From the human T2T-CHM13v2.0 reference genome, Homo sapiens: a stretch of DNA of 64,000 nt. A program made the position numbers and the translations under genes. Position 1 is the stretch's first letter, and each line of letters opens with the position of its first letter. The stretch lies in the NCBI RefSeq assembly GCF_009914755.1, contig NC_060947.1. One strand, 5' to 3'. This document shows positions 42,600 through 64,000 of the stretch, piece by piece. The notes under the pieces were generated by a model. The model did not search any database and had not been told where the DNA came from. It worked only from the letters and a program-made list of their open reading frames with translations.

Positions 42600-43148
42600 T
42601 GATATATAGGTTGATGATCAGACATCTCTTATGTGCCTTTTCAGATATTTTCTGTCTCAACTGGCTCCAGGGCCTCTGGCCAGTTGTTCCTGCCAACCAT
42701 TTACTTCATGCCCATAGTGCCTCTCTAGTGACTCCTATCTGGGACTTTCTGATTGATACAGAGGTGGGAGATACCACAAGACAAGGAACCAACATGATAC
42801 AATATTCACATATGTGCAGCATATTACTTGAAAGTCTGGGAAAATTAATGCTTCATAGGTCAAATTTGACCAGTGGGAATCAGAAGCAGGTGAATAAATT
42901 CTTCTCCTTTCCTCTTCCCAAATGACCTCTCTGAAGATCACCCTGAGGGATGGAGCATTCCTTAGCCCTTGATACAGAGGAGCAGCCTGCATGACAAAGC
43001 ACTCGTATATTGGTTCTCCCTCATTCCTGGTGTTTCTCTCCCATTACCTTACTCCTGCTTTTCCTGAATTAAACTCCCTAATAAATAATAGTACATAAGC
43101 TTTTTCTATACGCTTGCTTTATGTTTATGTGGAATCCAGGTCAAAACA
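42600..43148 (+). mobile_element. LTR33-family (ERVL) LTR
   Basis: aaatttgaccagtgggaa...attggttctccctcattcc...ctccctaataaa...ggaatccaggtcaaaaca. Confidence 0.65.
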
Positions 43149-43232
43149 CTTGGCAGGGACCCCTGATGAGTGAAACATCCGAATTCCTCCTTTGGGCAGT
43201 TCTTTTTAAAATATTACATTCTTATCATACTC

Positions 43233-45359
<2,127 letters not shown>

Positions 45360-45668
45360 CTTCTATTAGTTCTATTAGCAAATCTCTATTATCAAAGAGA
45401 TTTACAAAAATTTACAACAATGCAACTCTCCTCACTAATTTTTTAAAAATATAATTTGTTTTCATTAAATGTGTTATTTAGGTTAGCATGCAATCAGTTC
45501 ATTATATCTATTTTTCAAAAGTATCAAATACTTTAAAGATTTCTTAATTTTCATTTCTAATATCACAAAGGCTGATAAATACAACCTGCTTAAACAAAAG
45601 CTCTTTAGTAGTCCTTAAAAGTTTTAAAAATGTAAAGGGATCCTGAGACCAAAGGGTTTGAGAATACA
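45360..45668 (+). mobile_element. Charlie1-like terminal fragment
   Basis: aaagagatttacaaaaat...aaacaaaagctctttag...gtaaagggatcctgagaccaaagggtttgagaa. Confidence 0.8.
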
Positions 45669-45781
45669 TCCATTAGGATAAAAGTACTCTCTTTTGCTCT
45701 GAGAAACAAAGCACGTAAATAATTATATTTCTCTGTCACGAATGTTCACAGTATAGTCTCAACCAGCCATATTAATTATAA

Positions 45782-45986
45782 TTTTATTTTAAGACAAGGC
45801 CTCATTCTATCACCTGAGCTAGAGTGCACTAGCACAATCATAGGTCATTGCAGCCTTGAACTCCTGGGCTCAAGCAATCCTCCCTTCTCAGCCTCCTGAG
45901 CAGCTAGGACTACAGGCACGCAGCACCACACTCAGCTAATTTTTTATTTTTTGTAAAGATGGGGTCTTATTGTGTTGCCCGAGCTG
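45782..45986 (-). mobile_element. 5'-truncated AluJ
   Basis: gcagccttgaactcctgggctcaagcaatcctccc...gctaggactacaggcacg. Confidence 0.85.
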
Positions 45987-46063
45987 TAGTTATAACTTTT
46001 AACCAAAGTAGTTAACCTCTATTTCATACAGAAAAATGGATGAAGGTAGATAATTGAAAACTG

Positions 46064-46108
46064 TTTTTTTTTTTTTTTGAGATGGAGTCTCGCTCTGTCG
46101 TGCAGGCT
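46064..46108 (-). mobile_element. Very short Alu 3' fragment
   Basis: T15 followed by gagatggagtctcgctctgtcgtgcaggct. Confidence 0.8.
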
Positions 46109-46338
46109 TTTAATATAAAGGAGTATTTTAGTAGACTAGCAAAGTTCACGAACACACATAACACAACTTTCTACAACCACACACATCCCTTTTACATTAC
46201 AGAATGGCTAACATGAACACATTCATTAAATGACCCAAAGATTTAGATTTTTTTTACATCATATAAAAGGGTAAGCAAAAGCATAGAAACAACACAATAT
46301 TTAGTAATCAAAATCTCAGAATTGCATCTTAGAAATTA

Positions 46339-46634
<296 letters not shown>

Positions 46635-46826
46635 ATTATTTAGGTATTCAATAATTACTCACAAATTAGCTTAACTTGATATTAAATGAAGATTTTGAGT
46701 TATCCAAAAATCTAAAAAATTATTTAAACTGGCAGACTTCAAAAACTTAATTATTCTTTACATAAAAAGTTGTCAAAATTATTTGATTTTATTGCACACA
46801 AATTTATATTTTTTATAATCTTTTAA

Positions 46827-53018
<6,192 letters not shown>

Positions 53019-53027
53019 ATCTTTTAA

Positions 53028-53240
53028 TCTCATTGTAGTTTTGATTTGCATTTCTCGGATGATCAATGATGTTGAACAACTGTTCATATGCCTGTTTGCC
53101 ATTTACATGTCTTCTTTTGAGAAATGTCTTTTCAAATCTTTTGCCCATTTTTAAAATTGGATTATTAGACTTTTTCCTATAGAGTTGTTTGAGCTCCTTA
53201 TATATTCTGGTTATCAATCCCTTGTCAGATGGGTAGTTTG
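53028..53240 (-). mobile_element. L1MA ORF2 fragment
   Basis: tctcattgtagttttgatttgcatttctc...ccttgtcagatgggtagtttg. Confidence 0.85.
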
Positions 53241-53894
53241 TAGTGATCTGCTTTTGAATGTTATATCTTCTTACATGGATTGGTAAATAAGGGTAACACT
53301 TTGTTTTTTTAATAGCAAGAGAAAAAATCATGACTAAATACTAACTGAAGATCCTTTCATGAGCCACTAGTCCCCAATACTCATGGTTGTTGAAAAGTTT
53401 TTCCTGATTTGAAATCCTATAGTGGTCCTGATCGCATTCAGGATAAAATGTGAATATTTTGTATGGCATATAATGTCCTGGATTATCAAGTCCCTGCCTG
53501 TCCTTCCCCATTTCCTCCTTACACTCCTTACGTTCCAGTACTTGTTCCTGTTGTCTGGTATCTTTTGTTCTGCTGCTTTTCTTCATGAACTCTTTCATCT
53601 TTCAAGACTAATCTCACCTGTAAATTTTGATGATCTTGGTTTTGAGTTGTCTACTGAATTGTTTGTTTCTCTTTTCATTCATCTTTTAAATAAATTATTT
53701 TTCAATTTTCAAGAGGCAAGATGCTTTTGATTTGTTTGAACTTCACTACTGCTTTCTAGTTGCTAAACTTATATTCTAATAAAGATGACATTCCTGTGAT
53801 CAATCTCATTGTTTTTAATTTTGATACTTCCTACATAATGAGAATCATTTTAAAAGCATTATTATAAATTATGCATTTATTAAAATTATAATTT

Positions 53895-54725
53895 AGAGTA
53901 ATAATTTCAGGCCAAAAAACCCAAAAGTCATTCTTGACTCTTTTTTTTCCTCTCACACTTTGCATACTGGATACTCAGAATTCTGCTGTTCTCGCTTTCA
54001 AAATATATCCAGAATCTAACCGCTTATGTTACCTCCACCTGAGTCCAATCCTACATCAGGCCAGACCCTTGTGGTAGCATCCCAATAGGGCTCTCTGCTT
54101 TTGGTTTTGATAGTCAGGCTCTTCTTCATAAAACATCCATGAATTAGTTGGATGGCAAGTCATCCCTGGACTCCAAATCTTCAGTAGTCTCTCTTCTCAT
54201 TCTCCATCAAAGCTCAAGCCCCTAAAATGCCACCAAGGCCACAATCACCCACTGTTCTGCCCCCAACTCCCTATAGTGGCGTCAACCCCCACAGGAGGTG
54301 AGCTCCTGCCTGATTCTCCCAGTCTGTAATGATTTCTCTGATATTCCTAAGGATCTCTCCTTCACCTCCTTCAGGTCTTTACTCAGTGCCTACCTTCTCA
54401 CTGAAGACTTTTCTGAGCATTCTTCTTAAAATTGCAAACTCAGCCCCCAAACAAATATGGAACTGCTCTCAGCCCCTTTCCTGGCTTATTTTTCCTCATT
54501 TAGCTTATTGCTGTCTTTCATGCTTAACATTGTACTCAATCATTTTCTTATCGCTGGGTGCCCCACTTTGGAACATATGCCTCGCAAGGGCAAGGTTTGT
54601 TTTTTTTTTTATTTTCTCTTCTGTTCACCACTGTATCTCCTGAGATGAAATAGTGCCTGGTAATGTTATAGGCACTCAAAATATTTGTTCAATAAAGGAG
54701 TAAAAAAATAAATGAAAGAAATGAA
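53895..54725 (+). mobile_element. L2a 3' region
   Basis: ttcaggccaaaaaaccc...tcaaaatatatccagaatct...atagtgcctgg...aggcactcaaaatatttgtt. Confidence 0.75.
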
Positions 54726-55876
54726 TTCAGTGATATGAAGACATTCTCATAATACAATAAGTCAAAAATTTGGATTTAAAATTTTTTTTATTTTTTTGGT
54801 TATTGAAGTACTTTTGATTTTTATTGAAGTGTGTATAGTTTTTTGCAAATCAACTAAGGAACCTTTAGTTAAGAAAGATTACTTCATGCACTAAGAAGAG
54901 GCATCACTGCGTTAAACATTTTATTAGCGTGACTGTCTTTGGATAACCTACATTAAAGGTTTGATGATAAAATATTATTTCTAGTACAAGCCTAATTCTG
55001 CTTACTGGTAAAAGACGTAAATCTGGGAAGAGGTTAGAAGGAATAAAGTTAATAATTATTATCTTGATATGGTACATTCTTTTGTATTTTGTGTATTTTC
55101 AGAATTTTCTATAATGAGCATTGTAACTCCACAATCAAGAAAAAAATCAATTTTTTTTAAAGAAAATGATGATAGTATAAACATAATTCCAAACAAATTC
55201 TTCTTATCTTCATGACACCAGATAGTGGACTGGGCTCTCTTAACATCTCTTTCTTTCTTCCATCCCTCACTCCTTCCTTCTATCCCTTTTTCTTCCCTCG
55301 TCTGCTCTAACACTGTGAGTAATTTGGCCAAAAAACACAAATCACTGGTTCTGTTGATGCTACAGGGTCCATGCACTAAGGGAGTCATTTTTTAGGTTTT
55401 CAGGGAATTGCGAATTCCCTTGTAAAAGTCATTTGAATGCTTTTTTTTGGAAGATCAGTTTTATTCCCACTGTATATTATGAATTAATTTTAGTTATGTG
55501 CTAAAATAGTATTAAATGGCTGCTTGCTCATTCTTGAAAAAATTAGTTTGAATTTTGATATTAGTTCTTAGAATTATCTGATTTTAACAAGTATTTTATT
55601 CATATTGTATTCTCCAAATGCCCTGTAAGATGTGACTATGTAAGGTGCTCAACATAGCTTATAATCTTTTCCTCTCTCTACTGGTTCTGTTCCTAGAGTC
55701 ACAGAAAAACCAACCAAACAAACAAACAAAAAAAACCAGTAACCTAGCATTTGGCCTTTTTATATTTAAAAAACTCACAAATAATTTTGATTGAAAGGGT
55801 TTTAAAAATGGGTGTGTACTGTTATTGTTGATGTAGCATTAGCTGTCAGATATGGAGACAGGTTTAATTTTAGATC

Positions 55877-56089
55877 GTTGATTCACAACTGCAGGTTATC
55901 TTGCCCCGAAGGGACATTTGGCAATGTCCAGAGAAATTTCTGTTGTCACAACCAGGGAACAAGATTGCTACTGGCATCTAGTGGGTAGAGGCCAGGGATG
56001 CTGCTGAACAGCCTGCAGTGCACAGAATATCCCACAACACAGAATTCTTGGGCCCAAAATGTCAGTGGTGCTGAGGTGGGGAAACCTTG
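55877..56089 (+). mobile_element. MER20
   Basis: gggacatttggcaatgtccagaga...tgctactggcatctagtgggtagaggccagggatgctgctgaaca. Confidence 0.9.
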
Positions 56090-57529
56090 TAATCCACATG
56101 GAAAGTAGGTGAATGCAAGCATGGAAAAGGCTGGCCACTCAAAAAATGCCAACCAGAGAGGTCCTAGTCTTAGACCATTTTCTGAGCCAATGATCTCTTC
56201 CTTGCTTTAGTTTGTTTGCTTTTTTGTTTAAAGGTAGGAGAAAGTTTGTAGTCACATCCCAGTTGGGCGCTATAGCTGAATAAATACTTTGTCATCTGAG
56301 AGTTCAGTTTGGCTAGCTGAGTTATCCATCACGTTACAATATCACCTCACACGTGGATTGCTCTAGAGTGCCTGAGCAATGCTGGAGGTTAGGAAAAGCT
56401 GCTGGTGACCTGAGCAAATACCTAGAGAAAGAAAACTCAATCAAGCCAGCTGTTTAGGCCTGAGGAAGGTTTTGCTCCGCACAGTTTCTTTCTGAGACAA
56501 ATGAAGATAGGTGTTGAAGGCATTTTAAGGAAGGAAAGTGGGGAAGAGTAACATGGGCATGCAGTGCAGCCCCAAAAGGCAGAGGCTGGACCTCTCTCTG
56601 CCTCATTGTTCCCATCCTTCCAGGCTTTCTCCATCTCTTTCTGTTTCCACTCCTCTTATCCCCACCAGCCCCATCATGGTGTTTAAAAAGTTGTGATTAT
56701 AAGGATACAATAAGTTTTAAAGATCAGTTAAAATAGTTATTAAATGACAAACATTCTTTGTTTTTGCCTTTTCATTCATTTTTCAAACACTGTGTTTATT
56801 TTCATGGTTTATTGGAAAACAACAAGGTTTTACAAATTTGCAAGCTTACTTTCCAAATCAAAGTTACCTTTTAGAAGTCTAAATATCCCAGGCTGCCCCA
56901 GCCTGTGGAGAAGCATGTGCTCACATTTACAGTAATATCCAAATCTTTTCTGCTGTTCCTAGATCTTACACCTTCTTCAAAAGCTCTCCTAGTTATATGC
57001 CCTAGTTCCTGGGGCAGTGTTTTACACATGTCAAGGGACAAAGCTGACCCTATTGGCTCTGGCTTCATCATGGCTATCTGTTCCCATCATGGCCACTCTG
57101 GACTTTATGTGTTCTGTGGCTTCTCAGCTGGGCTGCTGCTGCTGGGTTCCAGTGTTGAAGTAAAATGAATGCCTTTTCCACCTCTCTCCATCGAACTTGG
57201 CTCAGAGACAGCCCAGTCTTTCATCAACACAACTCTTTTGTCTTTTGTGCCCAATGCCCCTCTCTAGTGAGGCTCGAAAGCAGCCCATTTGGCCAGGTAT
57301 GTGTTTGGATAGGAGAGTACAGAAAGAAAGGAACAGGAGAAAAACATCTCTTTATCTTTCCACTGACATTTTTCACCTCTTCCAGGGGTCACTCTATCAT
57401 ACATAGATTACCACCTTAGGAAAAAAAAATGAAGAAGAAGAAGAAAAATCAAGCACTGCTCCCAAAGCATATGAACCCATGAAAAGAGATACTTGGCAGA
57501 CGGACATCAGTCATCTAAATATTCTTACT

Positions 57530-57630
57530 AATAGGATGGCCACACTAAAAAACTCCTGGGGGCTACAATTTACATTGTAGTTTATGCAAATGGAATCCCT
57601 GGAATTTTGGAGCGCACAGCCCCAGTGATC
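57530..57630. mobile_element. MER91A-like palindromic MITE
   Basis: aactcctgggggctacaatttacattgtagtttatgcaaatggaatccctggaatt. Confidence 0.6.
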
Positions 57631-57696
57631 GTAAGCTGTGGACTTGTTTACTAAATCATCTAAATTCCAGTATGGATCCAGTTGATAAACCAGTAA

Positions 57697-58140
<444 letters not shown>

Positions 58141-59054
58141 TAATATCTGTTGAATATTATCCTAAGATTGACTTCTAGGAATATATATCCTGATTGGATT
58201 TTGTGACACCTTGACTATAACTTAACTATAATCCTAACAGGTTTGTTGAATAGCTCCAGTATATCTCTAGTTTTTATGCTTTATCTTCTGAAGAATTATT
58301 CTTCTCAGAGTTAATACTTTGAAGCACAGAATATGTGGTTCTGATATCATCTTTCTGGACAACTGCATAATCTGTTGACAAGCATTAGCTTGGTTCCCCC
58401 TTCTTAAGCCCCAAGATTAAACTGAGTCTGGGGCTTGGCAGTGTAACATTTGCTTTGCCTACATTTCAGTTGAAGTTGACAAATTGAAATTGAAATAACA
58501 TGCCAGGAGACTGTTGATAAGTGTCATATTTCTGGCTCAGTCTTCAATTTAAGGCCTATACCATGATAGAAGTGCAAATTTAAGAGTGGGAAAAGAATAA
58601 ATTTAGACTCACCACAAGAATGTCAATCAGCTAGATATCTTGACAGATTGACCTGTTATCTTGAATGAAAGCATAGTTGATGGATATTCTAACATTGGAT
58701 TGAGTTCCCTAACCACAGTCTAATCTCATTTTAGGCCCTAAATGTCTTCCTGAAATTTGTTGTGTCAAAAAATATATTTGTAGTCTGGATTATATTTTAT
58801 TACTGACTTAAGCATACATACACAAAACAATTTATCCCCAAAATGTAAGAAGAAAAATCCACAGAGACAGCTCGGTATTCCAATGAAGAATATTTTTCCT
58901 TTAGCTGGTAGAGGGGTATGTCCATCTCTCAAACTGATAATCCAGTGTATAGCAGCTCACACAGTACATGTGTTGGCCTTTAAAAGTATTCATGTATTGC
59001 AAGTTTGCCACAGTTTTCACTTCTTTATTACTGGCTGTCATTACTCACTTTAAA

Positions 59055-59392
59055 AAAAAATTTAGATTCAGTAGGTACATGTGCATATCCATTGCCCAAA
59101 TATTGAACATTGTACCCCATAGGCAGTTTTTCAATCCTCACTCTCCCAACCCTCTCCCATTTTGTAGTCTCCATTGTTTATTACTTCCATTTTTATAAAC
59201 TTGTGTACCCATTGATTAGCTGTCACTTATAAGTGAGAACATGTGATATTTGACTTTCTCTTTCTAAGTTATCTCACTTAGGATTATGGCCTTCAGCTCC
59301 ATCCATGTTGCTGCAAAGGACATGATTTCATTCTTTTTTATGGATGGATAGTATTCCATGGCGTATAACATATATATCACATTTTCTTTATC
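59055..59392 (-). mobile_element. Short L1PB4/L1PA17-like 3' end
   Basis: tagattcagtaggtacatgtgca...cacttataagtgagaacatg. TSD actcactttaaa at 59043-59054 and 59393-59404. Confidence 0.85.
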
Positions 59393-59529
59393 ACTCACTT
59401 TAAAGTCTGTGGAACATGTAAAATATCACACTGAAAAAGTGACTATGCCGCTTTTTCTAATAAGGGTGACCACACAAACTAACAAAAGCCTTCTAGAGAT
59501 TTTATTTTTTATTTCACTTAATAGTAATA

Positions 59530-59925
59530 GGCTAAACCTTTACTTTCAGGTCCTTAATCCCACCTATGATCTGTCTCATGAGGATCTTCATATATTTTCT
59601 TCTCTCTGCTTGAAACATTCCTTACCTCATCCCCACCCCATCACCCCATTAGTTGCTGGCCTAACTTTCCCTGAGAAGTCTTTTTTGATTCTTCATCACT
59701 GGATTAGAAACCCCTCTTATGATTCCAAAACATCCTGGATTAATCCCTTTTGTAGTGCCTTTGATGCTAATTTGTAAGAGTTTATTTCCTTTCTGTCTCC
59801 CCAATATATTTCAAGTTTCTTGAGGGTGGGGGCATTAAATCTCCCTCATTCACTGTTGTCTGCCCAACCCTAGCCTCATGTTGGGTGCATACAAGTCCCT
59901 CAATAAATATTTATTGAATGAAGAC
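59530..59925 (+). mobile_element. L2 3' end
   Basis: ctgtctcccc...aagtttcttgagggtggg...ccctcaataaatatttattgaatga. Confidence 0.7.
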
Positions 59926-61179
59926 TTAAATAATGCATTGGCCAGCTATCCATACCTATTTCTTATACCTAATGCTGAACTGCCAATTGAAAACACACCT
60001 CTTACTTCCATTTTTCTCATCAAGTGACTATTTGAGACATTTATCAGAGACGCAGGAAGATGTCTTTCAGTTTGCCTTATGTTAGTATGGCAATGGTCCT
60101 CCAAAAGCATGCTTTATTCAAAACAACACATACTCATATTGGATGACTCTCTTGATCCTGAACCTACAAGTGGAAACTGTACTCAGGTTATGTGCAGACC
60201 AATATAAGCATCTACTTGAATTTTGTGAAAACCGTAGATCTGATAATAGAGACACTTGAAGCCTTTTATAAATAGAAAACATGTTAATAAGTGTATACTT
60301 ACTAAAATTTTCTCTTTCCATTTTATTGAATATATGGCTGAAGTATGACTAATTTAATCTCTGGTAGTAAGCAAATGAATCATTTTGGCCGTGACAGAGC
60401 ACTAATAGTCTTACCATCTTGGCTAATTTTTGGTATTCTGAGTTCTTAATTGTATAATAAAATCATTACACTGTGACTCAACCATTTAAACTGAAAAAAA
60501 TTAAACCAACATTCTTAGAGTAATTCTATTAAAGAATGAAAAATGGCTTGCTATTAGTTAGAAAAGATCTGGCTTTAAGGAATGAATAGAGAAAAAGAAA
60601 TCCTTTTAGGATCCTATTCAATATTTTCAGAAACAAGATACATTTCCTTTCAACATGTTGGAATAAAAATGGAGTTCTTTCTAAAATCATGACAAGTTTT
60701 ATCTACGGGTATGAAATTTTAAATAGGAAGAGTAATAGCAAGGGATGCGCCTTTATCCAGTAACACAGAGATAAATGATTTTGCTAAGCGTATGGAGATG
60801 TAGAAAATGAATCATTGTTGAAAATGCTTAGGTTTGCAACTCAGGAAGACTAAGGACAGTAGTTCTCAGACTGTTTGTCATAGAGGGCATATTTTTATAG
60901 TAAAAAATCCATGGACTCTTCCCTAATGATGGTTAATAGTATTTCTAATGTCTGTTAATTAATCACAATAAAAAGGTGAATATGATGTCAAACACTACTT
61001 GAAAATAATGTGTTTAATTAATAACAAAGTGTCTTTAACACATTTGAAAAATAATGGTTCAAAATTGTTTGAGATCTTATTTAGATGTTCAACATAAAAT
61101 GTTTCATGTGCAGGTGGATGTATGGACCCTTTGCAATAATTTCTAACTTTTGGAGTCTGTGATTGTAGGCTGGAAACCA

Positions 61180-62830
61180 CAGTTGGGACTTATAAAAAGT
61201 TATCTCATTTTTATGAAAGTTACTTCTAATATACATGATAGGACACATTAGTCATTCCTTAAGTCTTCCTTTCTATTGCACAAATATATGAGATTGTTTA
61301 TAATCATCTTTAACTCTTTTTCCCTAATGTTTCAGAAGTTTAGTTGTTCACCTTTATTAGACATTTAACGAGCTTTTTTCTTAATGGGACAATTCACTGA
61401 AGACATGTCTTGGCTAGACTGCAGACTCTCAGGCATAGTTGGATATGCCGTAAACAGGGATAACTTACCTCTGTTTTTGCATTCATCATCTTCATTGTAA
61501 TCATTTCCTAATTCATTGAATTTAAGAGGCTTTTGATTGTAGGAGATTATTTTGTGGAACACTTACAAAGAAAAACGTTTCCAATTAAACTCTGACACAA
61601 TGCTTTTGATATCATTTGATTTTTAAATTTTATGCTTATTAAAAGAGATGTTTTAGATTTATTTAGACATAGATTTTCATTATATATCACCATTGTGCAT
61701 TCATAAAACGAAAAATATACATTAACTCAATTGGTTTAGGTATTGCTAAAACCTTTTTCCATTCAAGGTCCAGCTTTTCTACATTAGTTGCTTTTCAAAA
61801 GCATCTATGTCCATCTTCCCTGACATGGTATTGTCCCATCACTGGCGTTGGTGCTGAAGCATTGCTTTAAAGTATGCTATACTAGTGTCTGGATTTTATC
61901 CCAAGCCCCTGGCATCCATTCTGCCACCTGAAGGTACTGAAAAAACATTTTCAGACAACTGTGATTCATCTTCCTTCCTCAGATTGTTCTTAAATGATTT
62001 GTTGACTGACATGACAAAAAGTTGCTGTGGCCCAGTCATGCCCCTAGGAATAAACTGTGTTCCGTAATTTATAGGCAACCATTTTTAGACAGCTTTTAAA
62101 ATGGCTCCCAAGGATCTTTACCTCCTGGTATTCACACCCTTGTATAATCCTCTTCCCTTGAGTATGGGTTGAACCTAGTGACTTGCTTCTAATGAATAGA
62201 ATTTTGCAAAAGTGATGCGTGACACTAATGAGATTAAGTTACAAAATACTGTGACTTCTTTTTGTCTATCTGACTTTCTCTGTCTCTCTTTCTCTCTCTC
62301 TCCCATCCCTCTTCCTCCCTCTTTCCCTCTCTCCCCCTCTTGTTTCTTCACTCTAATAAACCCAGCTGTCATGTCATAAGCTACCCTACAGAGAGATCAC
62401 TAGGCAAGGAACTAAGGGAGATCTCTGGCAACCAAGGCCTCACTCTAATAGGCCATGAGAAATTGAATTCAGCCAACAACCACTTGACCCACTTGACTGA
62501 GCTTGGAAGCAGATCCATCCCCAGTTGAACTTTAAGATAATCACAACCTCAGAAAACACCTTGATTGCAGCCTGTGAGAGTTCTTGAGCCAGAGGACCCA
62601 GCTAATCCATGCTTGAACTCCTGAGCTACAAAAACTTTCATGTGATAAATGTCTTCAGCCACCAAGTCGTGGGGTAATTTGTTATGCAGCTATAGATAAC
62701 GAATGCAGGCAATAGCAACTACATCATGAATGTCATCTGGCTGATAGCAGTTATAAATTGTCATTGATTGCAAGATGCATCTCAATTTTAGTGATGATAA
62801 ATGTGGATAATCTGTATTTTAGAATAAATG
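61180..62830 (-). mobile_element. Kanga/Tc2 (pogo-like) DNA transposon relic, split by MLT1F
   Basis: Minus-strand peptide FIPRGMTGPQQLFVMSVNKSFKNNLRKE resembles the pogo DDE motif VIPGGMTGQLQPLDVSVNKPFKDHLRKE. Tc2-type terminus attgattgcaagatgcatctcaatttt at 62763-62790. Confidence 0.75.
62079..62707 (+). mobile_element. MLT1F-type LTR
   Basis: aaaatggctccca...ctcctggtattcacacccttg...ggggtaatttgttatgcagctatagataac; ggcaa 5-bp TSD. Confidence 0.85.
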
Positions 62831-63136
62831 GAGAAGTTGAGTAGTTTACTTGTCTGTTGTCCCCATTAGCATGATAACACCTTAAATGAAAGAACTGTGT
62901 TTTATTCAGCTCTGAGTGTCCATGGTGCTCAACGCATAAGAAATGCTTTATAGATGTTTTCTATTTACCACTGGACAAAGACCTAGCTAGAGGCAAATCT
63001 TGAGAATAAGAATTTGCTCGTTGTCACGGTTTAGCTGGGTATGACTCATACCTTAAATGTTCCTTTTAAAAGTTCCAGTCTATGCTCTTTTTAATATAAC
63101 AATGCCACTCATTTCATTTGTTCTTCTGGTACTGAG

Positions 63137-63495
63137 TGTATTAGTCCATTTTCATGCTGCTGATAAAGACATGACCAAGACTGGGCAATTTACAAAAGAA
63201 AGAGGTTTAATGGACTCACAGTTCCACGTGGCTGGGGAGGCCTCACAATCATGGCAGAAGGTGAATGGCACCTCTCACATGGCGACAGACAAGAGAAGAG
63301 AGCCTGTGCAGGGAAACTCCCCTTTATAAAACCGTCAGATATTGTGAGACTTATTCACTATCATGAGAATAGCATGGGAAAGACCCGCCCCCATGATTCA
63401 ATTACCTTCCACCAGTTTCTTCCCACAACACATGGGAATTGTTAGAACTACAATTCAAGATGAGATTTGAGTGGGGACATAGCCAAACCATATCA
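63137..63495 (-). mobile_element. THE1B solo LTR
   Basis: tgtattagtccattttcatgctgctgataaagac...ggggacatagccaaaccatatca. Perfect TSD ctgag at 63132-63136 and 63496-63500. Confidence 0.95.
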
Positions 63496-64000
63496 CTGAG
63501 GTTTAGAAATACCCTCGTGGATGTTGAGGACATCAATTGAATTTGGACTTTATGAATAATATTTCTAATTTAAGAATTACATGATATCCTTTCATAATTT
63601 TGATTAAAATCCTATAAGAACATGTAGAAGATTGCTAGCAAAGGAGTATTCTATACCTTAGTTTTTTTGGAAGGTGGAAGAATAATATTTTAATTTATAA
63701 GTGGAGAAAATTAATTCCATACTTAGAAATTCAGATTGTTCAGACTAATCTAAGACAACAAACTGATTTCTGTGTGCAGAGAAAGCCAACATTTTAGTGT
63801 GTGGCAAAAGGCACCTAGTAACTTAAAAAGTAGGTGTTAAACTTGGAGCTTGTGTTGATTCATCTATGGACAAATATAGGTAGCATGCTTTTTGCCCCGT
63901 TATTTAATAATTGCATGGATGTTTATTTCCCTCATTAAATTCTAGGCTCTTGAAGACAAGGACTATGTGATACCACTTATTACAATGGCAACAAGAAACC

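Noticed and set aside
61365-61570. Exon-like minus-strand ORF (…NDYNEDDECKNR) ending at CAGAG|GTAAGT
   Set aside because: No good upstream acceptor, no recognisable protein, and it lies within the apparent Kanga/Tc2 relic.

Overview
This window is human genomic DNA; a human-specific AluYb8 lies at 34332-34660. It is AT-rich and dominated by transposable elements. I found no supportable cellular protein-coding exon, tRNA/rRNA gene or CRISPR array. The L1 content is a full-length L1PA3-type element (4157-10364, minus; ORF1 intact, ORF2 dead), a near full-length L1PB (46827-53018) and several truncated L1s. Other repeats include a solo HERV-H LTR7, THE1/MLT1/ERVL LTRs, Alus, L2/MIR relics, DNA transposon relics (MER82, MER20, MER53, MER5A, Charlie1, Kanga/Tc2) and a 36-nt U2 snRNA retro-fragment. 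L1 sequence is strongly biased to the minus strand, which would fit an intron of a + strand gene. I see no evidence of a new multi-gene system. The most unusual structures are: (i) a reciprocal, order-swapped pair of short duplications at 35343-37112 with a template-switch scar; (ii) two diverged copies of a Charlie1-containing composite element about 45 kb apart; (iii) the L1PA3 lacking a TSD and sitting between unrelated flanks; (iv) a perfect 48-bp palindrome; (v) an internally primed L1 fragment; (vi) a possible Gypsy LTR plus gag relic. Repeat subfamily names come from recalled consensus sequences, and boundaries of old repeats are approximate.
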